Virus record (IMG/VR): IMGVR_UViG_3300035190_000668
Source: an uncultured virus (IMG/VR IMGVR_UViG_3300035190_000668)
Taxonomy: Duplodnaviria; Heunggongvirae; Uroviricota; Caudoviricetes
Reading direction: 5' to 3' (one strand)
Length of the DNA: 64,000 nucleotides
Shown here: positions 17,273-26,462 of the stretch, piece after piece
Layout of the letters: the number at the start of each line of letters is the position of its first letter
How positions within the stretch are numbered: position 1 is the first letter of the stretch
Notes under the pieces: generated by a model
Told to the model about the DNA's origin: nothing
Databases searched by the model: none
Seen by the model: the letters and a program-made list of their open reading frames with translations, nothing else
Translations under genes and position numbers: made by a program

Positions 17273-20200
17273 CTATACTGGACCACCTGATGATGACTGT
17301 ACCATTGTAGACCATGAACTTACACCTGCTGAATTTCTTGCTCTAACTGTCCAGTACTGTGAGTAACCAACTGGTGCAGAGAATGTAGTATTTGTTATAG
17401 CTGGTTGTCCAGGAGCTGGATAGTCAAAAGTTGTTCCAGAATATTGAGCAGAACTTGGTTGATACCATAGCTCATAGCTTGTTGCACCAGATGCTGCATT
17501 CCAGTTAAGCACAGTACTTGATCCAGATAGTTGTGCTGTTAGACCTGTTGGTGTTAATGGTGGTGTTGAAGCACCAAAGAACGGTGGGAAGAACGGTGGG
17601 AAGAACGGTGGGAAGAACGGTGGGAAGAACGGTGGGAAGAATGGGAAGAACGGTGGGAAGAATGGGAAGAAAGGAGGGAAGAAAGGAGGGAAGAAAGGAG
17701 GAGCTGAAGCTCTTGTTCCAACTCTTCCACTAGAACCTGTTCCTGTTGGGAACCATGCAGAAAATCCAGTTGAATTTTTTCCTCTAACCCAATATTGTCT
17801 ACTTCCTCCAGGTGGTATTCCAGAATCTAGGTATGGTGAAGTTACTCCTGGAAAATCTGGAGTAACAGTTGTTGCTGGCTTTACTGCTGAAGTAGTATTC
17901 CAATAAATATCATAACTAGTTGCATTAGAAGAACCACTAAATGAAAGCTCAACTCCATCTGTTCTTCCTGTGGATGCAGTAAGGAAGTTTGGTGTTCCAG
18001 GAGATGGAAGACTATAAGTTACAGAGCCAGAACCTGGGGTATCTGTAATACCATTTGCAGTTGTTATGCTTAATCCAGAAGAAAGTGATGCTGGTGTACC
18101 AGTCTGATTTAGTCCAGAATAAACTGTAACACTATTTACTGTAACTGTTCTAGATAATGAATCATTAGATATAACAGGAATGCTTGGACTGCTTGCACTT
18201 GAGTTTCCAGTGACATTGAAGGTGGAAAGCCCTGATGCAGTTATATTAATTGAATAGCTTTGTGCTGCAGATTGTGTCCATGAAACATTTGCACCCTTAT
18301 TTGTATTAATTGCACGTATACCAACCGATGCAGTTCCAGTTGATGTTACCGTAAACGTTCCAGCGGTTAACAGTGATGATGGGTTTGTTGGAGATGAACC
18401 ACCAGAACCTGCTCCAGATACTGTAAACAAGCCTGCTGCTGATGTATTAGATCCGTTTGCCCATGATACAGATCCAGTATTTGATGGTGGGGTATTAGAA
18501 ACAGATATGCTAGTAGAAGAACCTGGAGAAATAGCATTATTACTAATAGATATTCCACTAATAGTTGGAGTTACTGAAAGTGTTGTCACATCTGCAAAAT
18601 TATATCCAGACCCAGCTGCATTATTTCCAAAAACCTCAACCTTATAGTTAGTGTCTGCAGTCAATCCTGATATGGTTGCAGATGTATTGGTTGTATTTGT
18701 TAAAGGATATCCAGAAACTGAAACTCCAGTGCTTACGTTATATACATTAACATTATATGTTGTTGCACCAGATGCTGACCAACTCACGTTAAATCCAGAT
18801 GTTGTTTTACTTGATATTGTTATTGTTGGAGTACCTGGAGGTGATACACGTGTTATAGATCCAGAACCAGTTGCTGAGTTAATCTTATCAACTGGTGTTA
18901 CTGATGAACTTGATGTTATACTATTAAAGTTTCCAGTTTGATTTGGTCCAGTAAAAACCTTAATTGATACAAGGGTAACAGCTAAACCATCTACATTAAC
19001 AGAACGGGATACACTGGATGCTGTACTATTTGCATTAACTGTTTGTTGTCCAGGTACTCCACTAATGGTATATATTAATGTATAGCTTTGTGCATCAGAC
19101 TGATTCCAAGAAATTGTTGCTGTACCAAATGCTTTATTAAATACTGTTGCAACTGCTGCTGACTGAGTAGATGTAATGGTGAAATTTTGTGATGTAGGGC
19201 TCAGTGTACCTTCTGAGCCAGTAAAGGATGATCCAGGTGTCACAGATGATACCCAAGATCTATCTGTACCAGTTCCATTTGCCCAATTTACTGTACCAAC
19301 ATTTACTGTTGCACTATTTCCAACGGTAATTGAACTAGGAACTGGGTTTGCCGTTGTATTTGAAATAGTAAAATTAGATACAGATGGTGCTAGAACAGAT
19401 CCAGTCCTTGTATCAGATCCTGTATCATATCCAGGACGTGAGGCAGTTATTGTGGCCATTTTTGGTCCACCATCAGATGTCATTCCAGATACCGTGTAGG
19501 TTTGCCCACTAGAAGATCCTGAAGAAGGGGAGATGGTGGCAGGTGATTGAACAGATGCTGTCCATGTATAGTTGGAATCATACGTACTTGTTAAAGTAAA
19601 TGTAAATCCAGTAAGCGTTTTAGTAACATTGGAAAGAGAAATGCTAAGTGCTGGAAGATTTCTGCTAGCTGCAATTGTATAAGTATTAGTGGTTCCATTT
19701 TCTGCAGTAACTATAATGTTAATATTAGTTGTTGATCCAGCAGTGAGTGAAATTGCACCTGATGCTGACCCAGAAGCTACTGAAACTCCATTTACTGTGA
19801 CGGTAGATGTAGAGTCTGTAACTGTAGGAGTAACAGTAATAGATGATGTTGCATTAGATAGTCCAGAAACAGTATATGAATTAGTACCAGAAAGAAATGA
19901 TGGACTTAGTGTTCCAGAAGATACTGTAAGGTTTGACAACGTTTTAATTCCTGAAAGACCTACTGTAGTAAATTCAGTTCCAGTTCTAGAGTTTGTATCA
20001 CCACTTGAAGATGTAAGAGTTAATGTTGGTGTATAAGATGTTCCTGCTACTAATCCAGTAACACCAAAGGACGTATTACTATTATTTGCAGTAAATGGTG
20101 AACCTGATGCTCCTGGAAGTGATAGTGACCATGCAGCTTGTGCAGCTGTACCTGAAGTCCAAGTAATTATTGCTGAAGTCTTAGTAATAGATGATGTAGT

Positions 20201-22696
20201 AAGAGCTCCAACAGATGGAACATAATAAGTTCCAGAACTAGCTGGGGTAGCAGAAGAACCTACTGCATTTACTGCACGAACTTGAAAAGTGTTTCCAATA
20301 TTTCCAGTTACTGCTGTAAGTGAATAAGATGTAGCTGAAGATGCTGGACTTCTAGCAAACCATCCAGTGTTATTTATATTGAACTCATAATTTGTTATTG
20401 GCGAACCACCGTCAGATGGTGCGGTCCAAGTAAATGTTTTTGATGCTCCATCAAGGTTTCTTTGTAGGTTTGTTGGAGTTCCTGGAGCTGTTGCTGGTGC
20501 TGCATAAGTCACTGCACCAGATCCTGTTGCTTCATTTGTTATGTTTGTTGCTGTAACAGATGCTGAACCTGGTAGTACAGCAGCAGATGGAATTCCATTT
20601 TGGTTTAATCCAGAATATACAACTAGCTCTGTAACAACAACTGCTTTATTGTTTACATCAATTGGAATAATAAAAGAAGTTGTTCCAGTTATTGCAGCTC
20701 CATTTTCATCTACAGTATTTGCATTTCTAGTATAAGAAGTTCCAGCAACGGTATATCTTAGCCTATAGCTTTTTACAGAAGATTGATACCAAGATATGGT
20801 GACTTGTGCATTTGATCTATTTTTTACTACTGCCGTTGCATTTCCAGTAATTAAAATATTAAATGATCCAGTAGTAGACAGACTTCCAGGATCGGCAATT
20901 GGTTGTCCAGTTACAATTCCAGCTGCTGTCATCTTTTCTAGCCAGCCACTAGTTGCTCCAGTTCCATTTTCCCAATCTACAGTTCCAACATTTGTTGTTG
21001 CACTGTTTCTAACACTAGTTACAGTAGGTGTTGCGTTTGGTGTTGTGTTTGCAATTGCCAAAGAGGATGCACTTGGATTAAGGAATTCTACTGTTCCACT
21101 TGCAGTAATGGCTGGAGTGCTAACCTTGTTTGTTGGTGTTGCAGTTGGTGCTACTGATGGAGTAAACAGTGTTGATGTACCTTGATAATTTGTCAAAGGG
21201 AATACCTCAACAGAAACTGCTTTAACCTGAAGACCATTAGACATTATATTTAGACTTGGAGATGTAGATGTAGTATCTGCAACATTGTATGTTACAGGAT
21301 TTCCACCAACCTCATATTTTAATTTAAAACTTCTAGCACCACTTTGACTCCATGCTATAGTTGCTTCACCTTTTATAGTATTGGTTAAAGAAGCTGTTAC
21401 TGTTCCACTTACTGTTACGCTAAAGGTTTTACTTGATTCTATTGGATCAAAAATTGTTGTTCCAGTTGCTGCACCGCTTAAAACCAATGTGGCAAGATCT
21501 GCATTTGCTCCATTTGTCCATTCAACTAAACCAAGATTGTTTGATGGGTTTGTTACTGTAAGTCCTGATGGAGTATAGTCTGTTGTTGGTGTTGTGTCTG
21601 TAACCGTTAAAGAAGAAGCAGAAAGTGCTGGTACGACAACTCCAGAAACCTGTGAGGTAGTTTCTATCAAATCATTAGTTATTACAACAAGAGTAAAACG
21701 ATATGTACCAGATGCCAAAACATCAGTAGTAAATTCAATGTCTGTTGCAGTAAGGGATGTAAGAGGTATTGGGATAAAGAAATAGTCTGAATATGTTCCA
21801 CCACTCAGTCTTTCTAATAAAACAGAAATACTATAGTCAGGATCGTCTGTGCTTGCAGAATAACTAATAGTAGCGCCACCTGCTCTTGGAGTTACTGTAA
21901 ATGAACTAATCTCTGGTGGTGCATAAGTTACCATCATTGAATTTGAAACAATTGGCCTAAATGATTCTCCAGATGAGTTTGTTGCCCAAACCCTTACTCT
22001 AACATTTTTACCAACGAATGAAAGCATGTTTCTTGATATAGATGTTGCCCCTGTTATATCAGCCCATGTTGTTCCAGAGGTATTCTGTTGCCATTGGTAT
22101 CTATATGAAAGAATAGGAGTCTTTGTCCATATACCAGGATTTGATACGCTGTATACGTATCCATCTTCAGAATCTCTTACTATTACCGCAGATACTGGTG
22201 TTCCAACTGGAAGATTGTTTGATACTTGCACAGGATCACTACTCTCAATTGTCTGTGTTGAGTTTACAGTATTAACGGCTAGCACCGTAAATCTTACCCA
22301 AATATCATCTTCTACATCAACTTCTAAATCTGCTAAATCATATGTCTTTGTTACTGAAGATCCAACTGCTGGGTTTGTAATTGACTGGTACTCTCCTATG
22401 TCTATCCACGCTGTAGTTGATGTTGGAGCAGTCAATGAATATTGAAATACATAAGTAAACACATTTCCTGAATCCCAATGATAGTTTCGTCCAGTTACTA
22501 TTGCTGGGAATGTAGTGCTGCTTGCCGTGATTACAGGTTTTTGACTTATCTGTGGTCCACTTGCACCAAAGAACTTACTCCAGTCACCGCCTACCTTTAA
22601 ATACGCCTCTCCAACATTAGTCCATATAGAACCAACTTTTAGTTTAATATAGGTGATATCTCTCCAAGACCCACCGACTTTTAATTTACCAGGCAT
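17273..22696 (-). CDS. Large virion fibre/adhesin with FN3, cadherin-like beta-sandwich, four paralogous Ig-like modules and a (PPFF)n repeat
   Basis: N-terminal KVGGxW x3; FN3 (WTAPSDGGSPITNY..VRAVNAVG); cadherin-like TLSNLTVSSGTLSPSF..VTAENG; last gene of the tail operon. Confidence 0.8.
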   Translation of the reverse strand: MPGKLKVGGSWRDITYIKLKVGSIWTNVGEAYLKVGGDWSKFFGASGPQISQKPVITASSTTFPAIVTGRNYHWDSGNVFTYVFQYSLTAPTSTTAWIDIGEYQSITNPAVGSSVTKTYDLADLEVDVEDDIWVRFTVLAVNTVNSTQTIESSDPVQVSNNLPVGTPVSAVIVRDSEDGYVYSVSNPGIWTKTPILSYRYQWQQNTSGTTWADITGATSISRNMLSFVGKNVRVRVWATNSSGESFRPIVSNSMMVTYAPPEISSFTVTPRAGGATISYSASTDDPDYSISVLLERLSGGTYSDYFFIPIPLTSLTATDIEFTTDVLASGTYRFTLVVITNDLIETTSQVSGVVVPALSASSLTVTDTTPTTDYTPSGLTVTNPSNNLGLVEWTNGANADLATLVLSGAATGTTIFDPIESSKTFSVTVSGTVTASLTNTIKGEATIAWSQSGARSFKLKYEVGGNPVTYNVADTTSTSPSLNIMSNGLQVKAVSVEVFPLTNYQGTSTLFTPSVAPTATPTNKVSTPAITASGTVEFLNPSASSLAIANTTPNATPTVTSVRNSATTNVGTVDWENGTGATSGWLEKMTAAGIVTGQPIADPGSLSTTGSFNILITGNATAVVKNRSNAQVTISWYQSSVKSYRLRYTVAGTSYTRNANTVDENGAAITGTTSFIIPIDVNNKAVVVTELVVYSGLNQNGIPSAAVLPGSASVTATNITNEATGSGAVTYAAPATAPGTPTNLQRNLDGASKTFTWTAPSDGGSPITNYEFNINNTGWFARSPASSATSYSLTAVTGNIGNTFQVRAVNAVGSSATPASSGTYYVPSVGALTTSSITKTSAIITWTSGTAAQAAWSLSLPGASGSPFTANNSNTSFGVTGLVAGTSYTPTLTLTSSSGDTNSRTGTEFTTVGLSGIKTLSNLTVSSGTLSPSFLSGTNSYTVSGLSNATSSITVTPTVTDSTSTVTVNGVSVASGSASGAISLTAGSTTNINIIVTAENGTTNTYTIAASRNLPALSISLSNVTKTLTGFTFTLTSTYDSNYTWTASVQSPATISPSSGSSSGQTYTVSGMTSDGGPKMATITASRPGYDTGSDTRTGSVLAPSVSNFTISNTTANPVPSSITVGNSATVNVGTVNWANGTGTDRSWVSSVTPGSSFTGSEGTLSPTSQNFTITSTQSAAVATVFNKAFGTATISWNQSDAQSYTLIYTISGVPGQQTVNANSTASSVSRSVNVDGLAVTLVSIKVFTGPNQTGNFNSITSSSSVTPVDKINSATGSGSITRVSPPGTPTITISSKTTSGFNVSWSASGATTYNVNVYNVSTGVSVSGYPLTNTTNTSATISGLTADTNYKVEVFGNNAAGSGYNFADVTTLSVTPTISGISISNNAISPGSSTSISVSNTPPSNTGSVSWANGSNTSAAGLFTVSGAGSGGSSPTNPSSLLTAGTFTVTSTGTASVGIRAINTNKGANVSWTQSAAQSYSINITASGLSTFNVTGNSSASSPSIPVISNDSLSRTVTVNSVTVYSGLNQTGTPASLSSGLSITTANGITDTPGSGSVTYSLPSPGTPNFLTASTGRTDGVELSFSGSSNATSYDIYWNTTSAVKPATTVTPDFPGVTSPYLDSGIPPGGSRQYWVRGKNSTGFSAWFPTGTGSSGRVGTRASAPPFFPPFFPPFFPFFPPFFPFFPPFFPPFFPPFFPPFFPPFFGASTPPLTPTGLTAQLSGSSTVLNWNAASGATSYELWYQPSSAQYSGTTFDYPAPGQPAITNTTFSAPVGYSQYWTVRARNSAGVSSWSTMVQSSSGGPV
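17576..17701 (-). repeat. Coding tandem repeat: 9x PPFF + 2x PFF (126 bp, 42 aa)
   Basis: Plus-strand units gaagaacggtgg, gaagaaaggagg and gaagaatgg. Confidence 0.95.
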
Positions 22697-22711
22697 ATTA
22701 TTATTCTACTA

Positions 22712-25700
22712 TTAGGTATATACCAATAGTACATCTCCATTTTCTGCAGAAGGAAATTGTGCTGGGTTTTCATCATAGTTGCTCTTTTGAACAGTAAACA
22801 TGTTTCTTAAGCCTCCAGATCTATATGCTTGAGATGCTAAAGAACTGTCTCCTGGATCTGCTAACGTTGTTCCAGCTCCAGATATTTGTGCAGGTTTTTT
22901 TACTTCAACTTGTCGTCCATTTTGACCCAAAAATATTCTATTTGTTCCTGATTTTTTATCTGTTACTAATATAGCCTGATTAGTACGAGTATCAATAATT
23001 GAAAATTCGTTTCCTTCTGTTGCTACAACAGCTTTTATTTCATAACTGCCAACTTTAATTACTCCACCTGATGATAAATCTATGCTTGCAACTCCATTTG
23101 CGGTTATGCCTGTTGAACCAATTTCCCATCGTGTACCGTTTTCTGTTCCAAAAAATCCTTCAGTTGCCTTTATTATTCCCTTAACTACAGCATTATTTGC
23201 TGTCATCAATCCTGTAGTACTAACAGAAAATATTGGGAGTGCTGGATACTCATCTGGGTCTACAAAATAATTAAGATTTCCAACTGCTATTGAGTAGTCG
23301 CTATCATCTGAAGCTTGTAATATAATACCATTTGTTGAATTAGTTGTTGTTGATCTAATAACAAATTGTTCATTTACTGAATCTATAAGTATTTGGTTTG
23401 ACTGAATTACACCATCACTTATAACAAATCCACCTGATCCTTCTTCTCCTGGTTCTTGAGATTTAAATAAAGCTTTTTTAGTCCATAGAGTAATTCCAGA
23501 CACTGTAGATGAATCCCCAGTTAAAGCATTTGTAACAGTTACTGATTTAGGATCTGAGTATATTTTTGTGGTTGGATCATCTTCTGAATCAAGTGCTTGT
23601 AATCCCATTGATCCTATTTGTACGTTAGGCCCTTCTCCAAAGTCTCCTTCTCCAGTAATTAGGTAGCCGTTTCTAATGTTTACATTAGCATCAAAATAAG
23701 ATTGTCCGTTAACAGTGAGGGTTCCTTCAAGTTCTGCCTTTAGTGCAACAACCTCACCATCACGATCAACTGTAAAGTTTGGAGTATCTATTAAAATTCC
23801 ATTTGTTCCCCCACCTCTAATAATTAATTTCCTAGCTTCAACTTCTCCGTTTGGCTTTACAGAAAACTCAGCATCATTGTCTGTATTAAGTGATGATGTT
23901 GCTCCAGCCCAAAAAGAATATGTTCCGTCCGAAGACAGCCCAGTGTATTCTTTAGTTTTAGTTGCAGCATAGATATTGTTTTGAATAAAAGTTTTTGTTA
24001 CTGTTGGATTTTCTGAAACAACTCCTTCTCCTACTGACCATGCACCAATTGTTGCCTTCTTTGTAATAAATGTTGGCTGCCCAGTTGCAGCATTACTTAT
24101 GATTGATGTTGTATTGTTTTGACCTTGGTCATAAGCAAATAATCCAAGTGCATTAAAGAATACCTGTGGGTAATTGTCTACATCGCCAGATCCAGCAAAT
24201 ATACTTCCACCATCTGCTGATATTTTAATTGGGTATGTAATTAATGACTCTAAACCAATATCAATTGGTTTTACTAACTTTCCAGAACCTTGACCAGCAG
24301 TTTCCATACTATAGTGAGAGTATCCACCATATGAATCATAGTATCTTACAATAACATATCTGTCATCAAAGTCTCCAACAGGTGTTGGAACATTTGCTGG
24401 GCTCAATCCTGAATAAACTACAAGATCATCGTTTGTTGGTATAGCTGTCCATGCAGTAGGACTTTCATAAACCTCTAATCTTGATGCACCTGCAGGCATA
24501 TCAAAGTCAACTATGTATCCATTAACAGATGGCGTAACTCTAAATTTTCCTGTTGGATTAGATGCATCTGGTATTCCTAATATTGGATATACACTTGATA
24601 ACAAGCTAGATCTAGTAATTTTGTTAGTAACAATTGTTGCTCCAGCTGTTGGAACACCTTGACCAGACAAGGATGTTATGTATCCCCTAAATTCTGAATA
24701 ATATTTACCATAGTTTGCAAATAACTCTGTTGACCTTATCATAAAAAAATCTACTGGTGGAACAATTACATGGTAATGATCTGAATAAAAAATTTGACTT
24801 TCTGCACCATTAACATAAGGAACAAGCTTTACTTTTATAGTTGTTGGAACATTTTCTTCTGGCAATGTAAAAGTAACCTTTATATCATCTCCAACCCATG
24901 CTATGCTTGCTTCTGTAAACTGGTCTGGTGGATCTGTGTTTGGTGGCTGAAATGCATCTGGAGTTATATCTGCAATATCTGAATATACAGAAGCATTTCC
25001 CATTGCGCTAACATATTTAAGTCTAACCCAACGATGTTCAGCATCTGGTGCATATACAACTATAACAGAATTTGACGTAAGTGGTGCTGCCTGTGACCAT
25101 CCAGTTGTTAAACTTACATTTGCCTTTACCAGTTCAGGTGTTATTTGTTCTTCAACTATAACACCAGCAAAACCTTTTGTTAATGCATCTGCTATATTTA
25201 GCGGATCAAGAGTAACAACATAGTAGTCAACACCTGAAGACAAAGTAAAAACAGGCTGTGGTAATGGTGATTCGTATTCTGTAAGATCTGCTTCAACATA
25301 TTCTCCAATATTTAAAATATCAGCGGTAGCTACTGCTACTTTTGTTATATTAGAAATTAGAGTATTTATATCTATTGAAGAGTATATGTCAGATGCAGTT
25401 AGCGTGAGTGTTTGTTGTGGTGAAGATGTACTTAAAAATGTTGATCCTTCATAGCCAAACCCAGATCTTAATAAATGCCAATCTTCTGTTAATGAATCGT
25501 ATACCTTTATTATGAATCTATCTATGTATACATTGGCAGAGTTTGTTGTATCAAAATCAAAAGTTAAAACAATACCGTCATTTACTGCCCAGTCTGCAAC
25601 AAGGTTTTCTACTGGTAGTGGTGGAACTCCTTTTTTGGGTACACCTGGAATTGTTAGAGGTTTTGATATTACCTGATTTTGATCAGGCTTGCTTGATCCA

Positions 25701-25882
25701 TCTGTTAAATTTAATCCGCCAGAAATCAATGACTTTCCATCAAGTCCAATAATGTCAATTTCTGAACCAATTCTTGATTTAGTTAATGCAATTTTATCCC
25801 AAGATACTCTTGGGTCATCAACATCTATTGAAATAGTTGGATTTTTAGCAACAGTTTTATTGCCTCTGTACTGTGATTTCAA
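22712..25882 (-). CDS. Minor tail protein (tail tip/central fibre-like)
   Basis: Position in the tail operon; FN3-like N-terminal half, Gly-rich beta-repeat C-terminal half. Confidence 0.7.
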   Translation of the reverse strand: MKSQYRGNKTVAKNPTISIDVDDPRVSWDKIALTKSRIGSEIDIIGLDGKSLISGGLNLTDGSSKPDQNQVISKPLTIPGVPKKGVPPLPVENLVADWAVNDGIVLTFDFDTTNSANVYIDRFIIKVYDSLTEDWHLLRSGFGYEGSTFLSTSSPQQTLTLTASDIYSSIDINTLISNITKVAVATADILNIGEYVEADLTEYESPLPQPVFTLSSGVDYYVVTLDPLNIADALTKGFAGVIVEEQITPELVKANVSLTTGWSQAAPLTSNSVIVVYAPDAEHRWVRLKYVSAMGNASVYSDIADITPDAFQPPNTDPPDQFTEASIAWVGDDIKVTFTLPEENVPTTIKVKLVPYVNGAESQIFYSDHYHVIVPPVDFFMIRSTELFANYGKYYSEFRGYITSLSGQGVPTAGATIVTNKITRSSLLSSVYPILGIPDASNPTGKFRVTPSVNGYIVDFDMPAGASRLEVYESPTAWTAIPTNDDLVVYSGLSPANVPTPVGDFDDRYVIVRYYDSYGGYSHYSMETAGQGSGKLVKPIDIGLESLITYPIKISADGGSIFAGSGDVDNYPQVFFNALGLFAYDQGQNNTTSIISNAATGQPTFITKKATIGAWSVGEGVVSENPTVTKTFIQNNIYAATKTKEYTGLSSDGTYSFWAGATSSLNTDNDAEFSVKPNGEVEARKLIIRGGGTNGILIDTPNFTVDRDGEVVALKAELEGTLTVNGQSYFDANVNIRNGYLITGEGDFGEGPNVQIGSMGLQALDSEDDPTTKIYSDPKSVTVTNALTGDSSTVSGITLWTKKALFKSQEPGEEGSGGFVISDGVIQSNQILIDSVNEQFVIRSTTTNSTNGIILQASDDSDYSIAVGNLNYFVDPDEYPALPIFSVSTTGLMTANNAVVKGIIKATEGFFGTENGTRWEIGSTGITANGVASIDLSSGGVIKVGSYEIKAVVATEGNEFSIIDTRTNQAILVTDKKSGTNRIFLGQNGRQVEVKKPAQISGAGTTLADPGDSSLASQAYRSGGLRNMFTVQKSNYDENPAQFPSAENGDVLLVYT

Positions 25883-25894
25883 TTGATCACCAGA

Positions 25895-26416
25895 TTATTT
25901 TGGACCTGTTGCTGTCCAGTTTAGATAAAAATAACCAGTAAGTGGGGGTGGTGGTGTTGGATCATCCATATCACTAATCGCCCTAGTCACTCTAAATTTA
26001 AACTGACTTCCTGTAATGTTAAATAAATTTAAAATAATGTTATGGTTCGTATCATCAAGAGCATCAATTGTTGAGTGTCCAAACTGTATTGTTGCTGTAA
26101 CTATTGGTCTTGCTCTAAATCCTGTAGCACCATCATCTTCAAATGAAATACTTCCATGAAAAATCTGACCATCATATAGCGGTGACATATCTGCAGTATT
26201 AAGCTTATGTCTTCCGTATAATATTTTTTGTGAGCCAGGGTCGTACTGCTGAACAAAATCGTTTTCACCATTCCATTCCACTACAGCTGGTGCTGGCCCA
26301 CCTAAATTATTAGTGATTGAGCTAAGGCTATCGCTGTGCTGATTTACAACATTGATAACCTGATGCCAAGCAGAAAGGTCAATTACGTTTGGATCTGATA
26401 TTTTTACATATGGCAT
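25895..26416 (-). CDS. Minor tail protein (possible H-type-lectin-like C-terminus)
   Basis: F.A.PIVTAT..ITGSQF..LNWTATG pattern. Confidence 0.6.
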   Translation of the reverse strand: MPYVKISDPNVIDLSAWHQVINVVNQHSDSLSSITNNLGGPAPAVVEWNGENDFVQQYDPGSQKILYGRHKLNTADMSPLYDGQIFHGSISFEDDGATGFRARPIVTATIQFGHSTIDALDDTNHNIILNLFNITGSQFKFRVTRAISDMDDPTPPPPLTGYFYLNWTATGPK

Positions 26417-26436
26417 AGCACTCTCCTGTCCTATTA

Positions 26437-26445
26437 ATTATACCA
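26437..26445 (-). promoter_or_regulatory. Extended -10 promoter TGGTATAAT
   Basis: Intergenic consensus match. Confidence 0.65.
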
Positions 26446-26462
26446 TAGCGCTTGCTAATTTA

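Noticed and set aside
17576..17701. Tandem repeat as a CRISPR array
   Set aside because: Units are 9-12 bp with no unique spacers and lie in-frame in a CDS.
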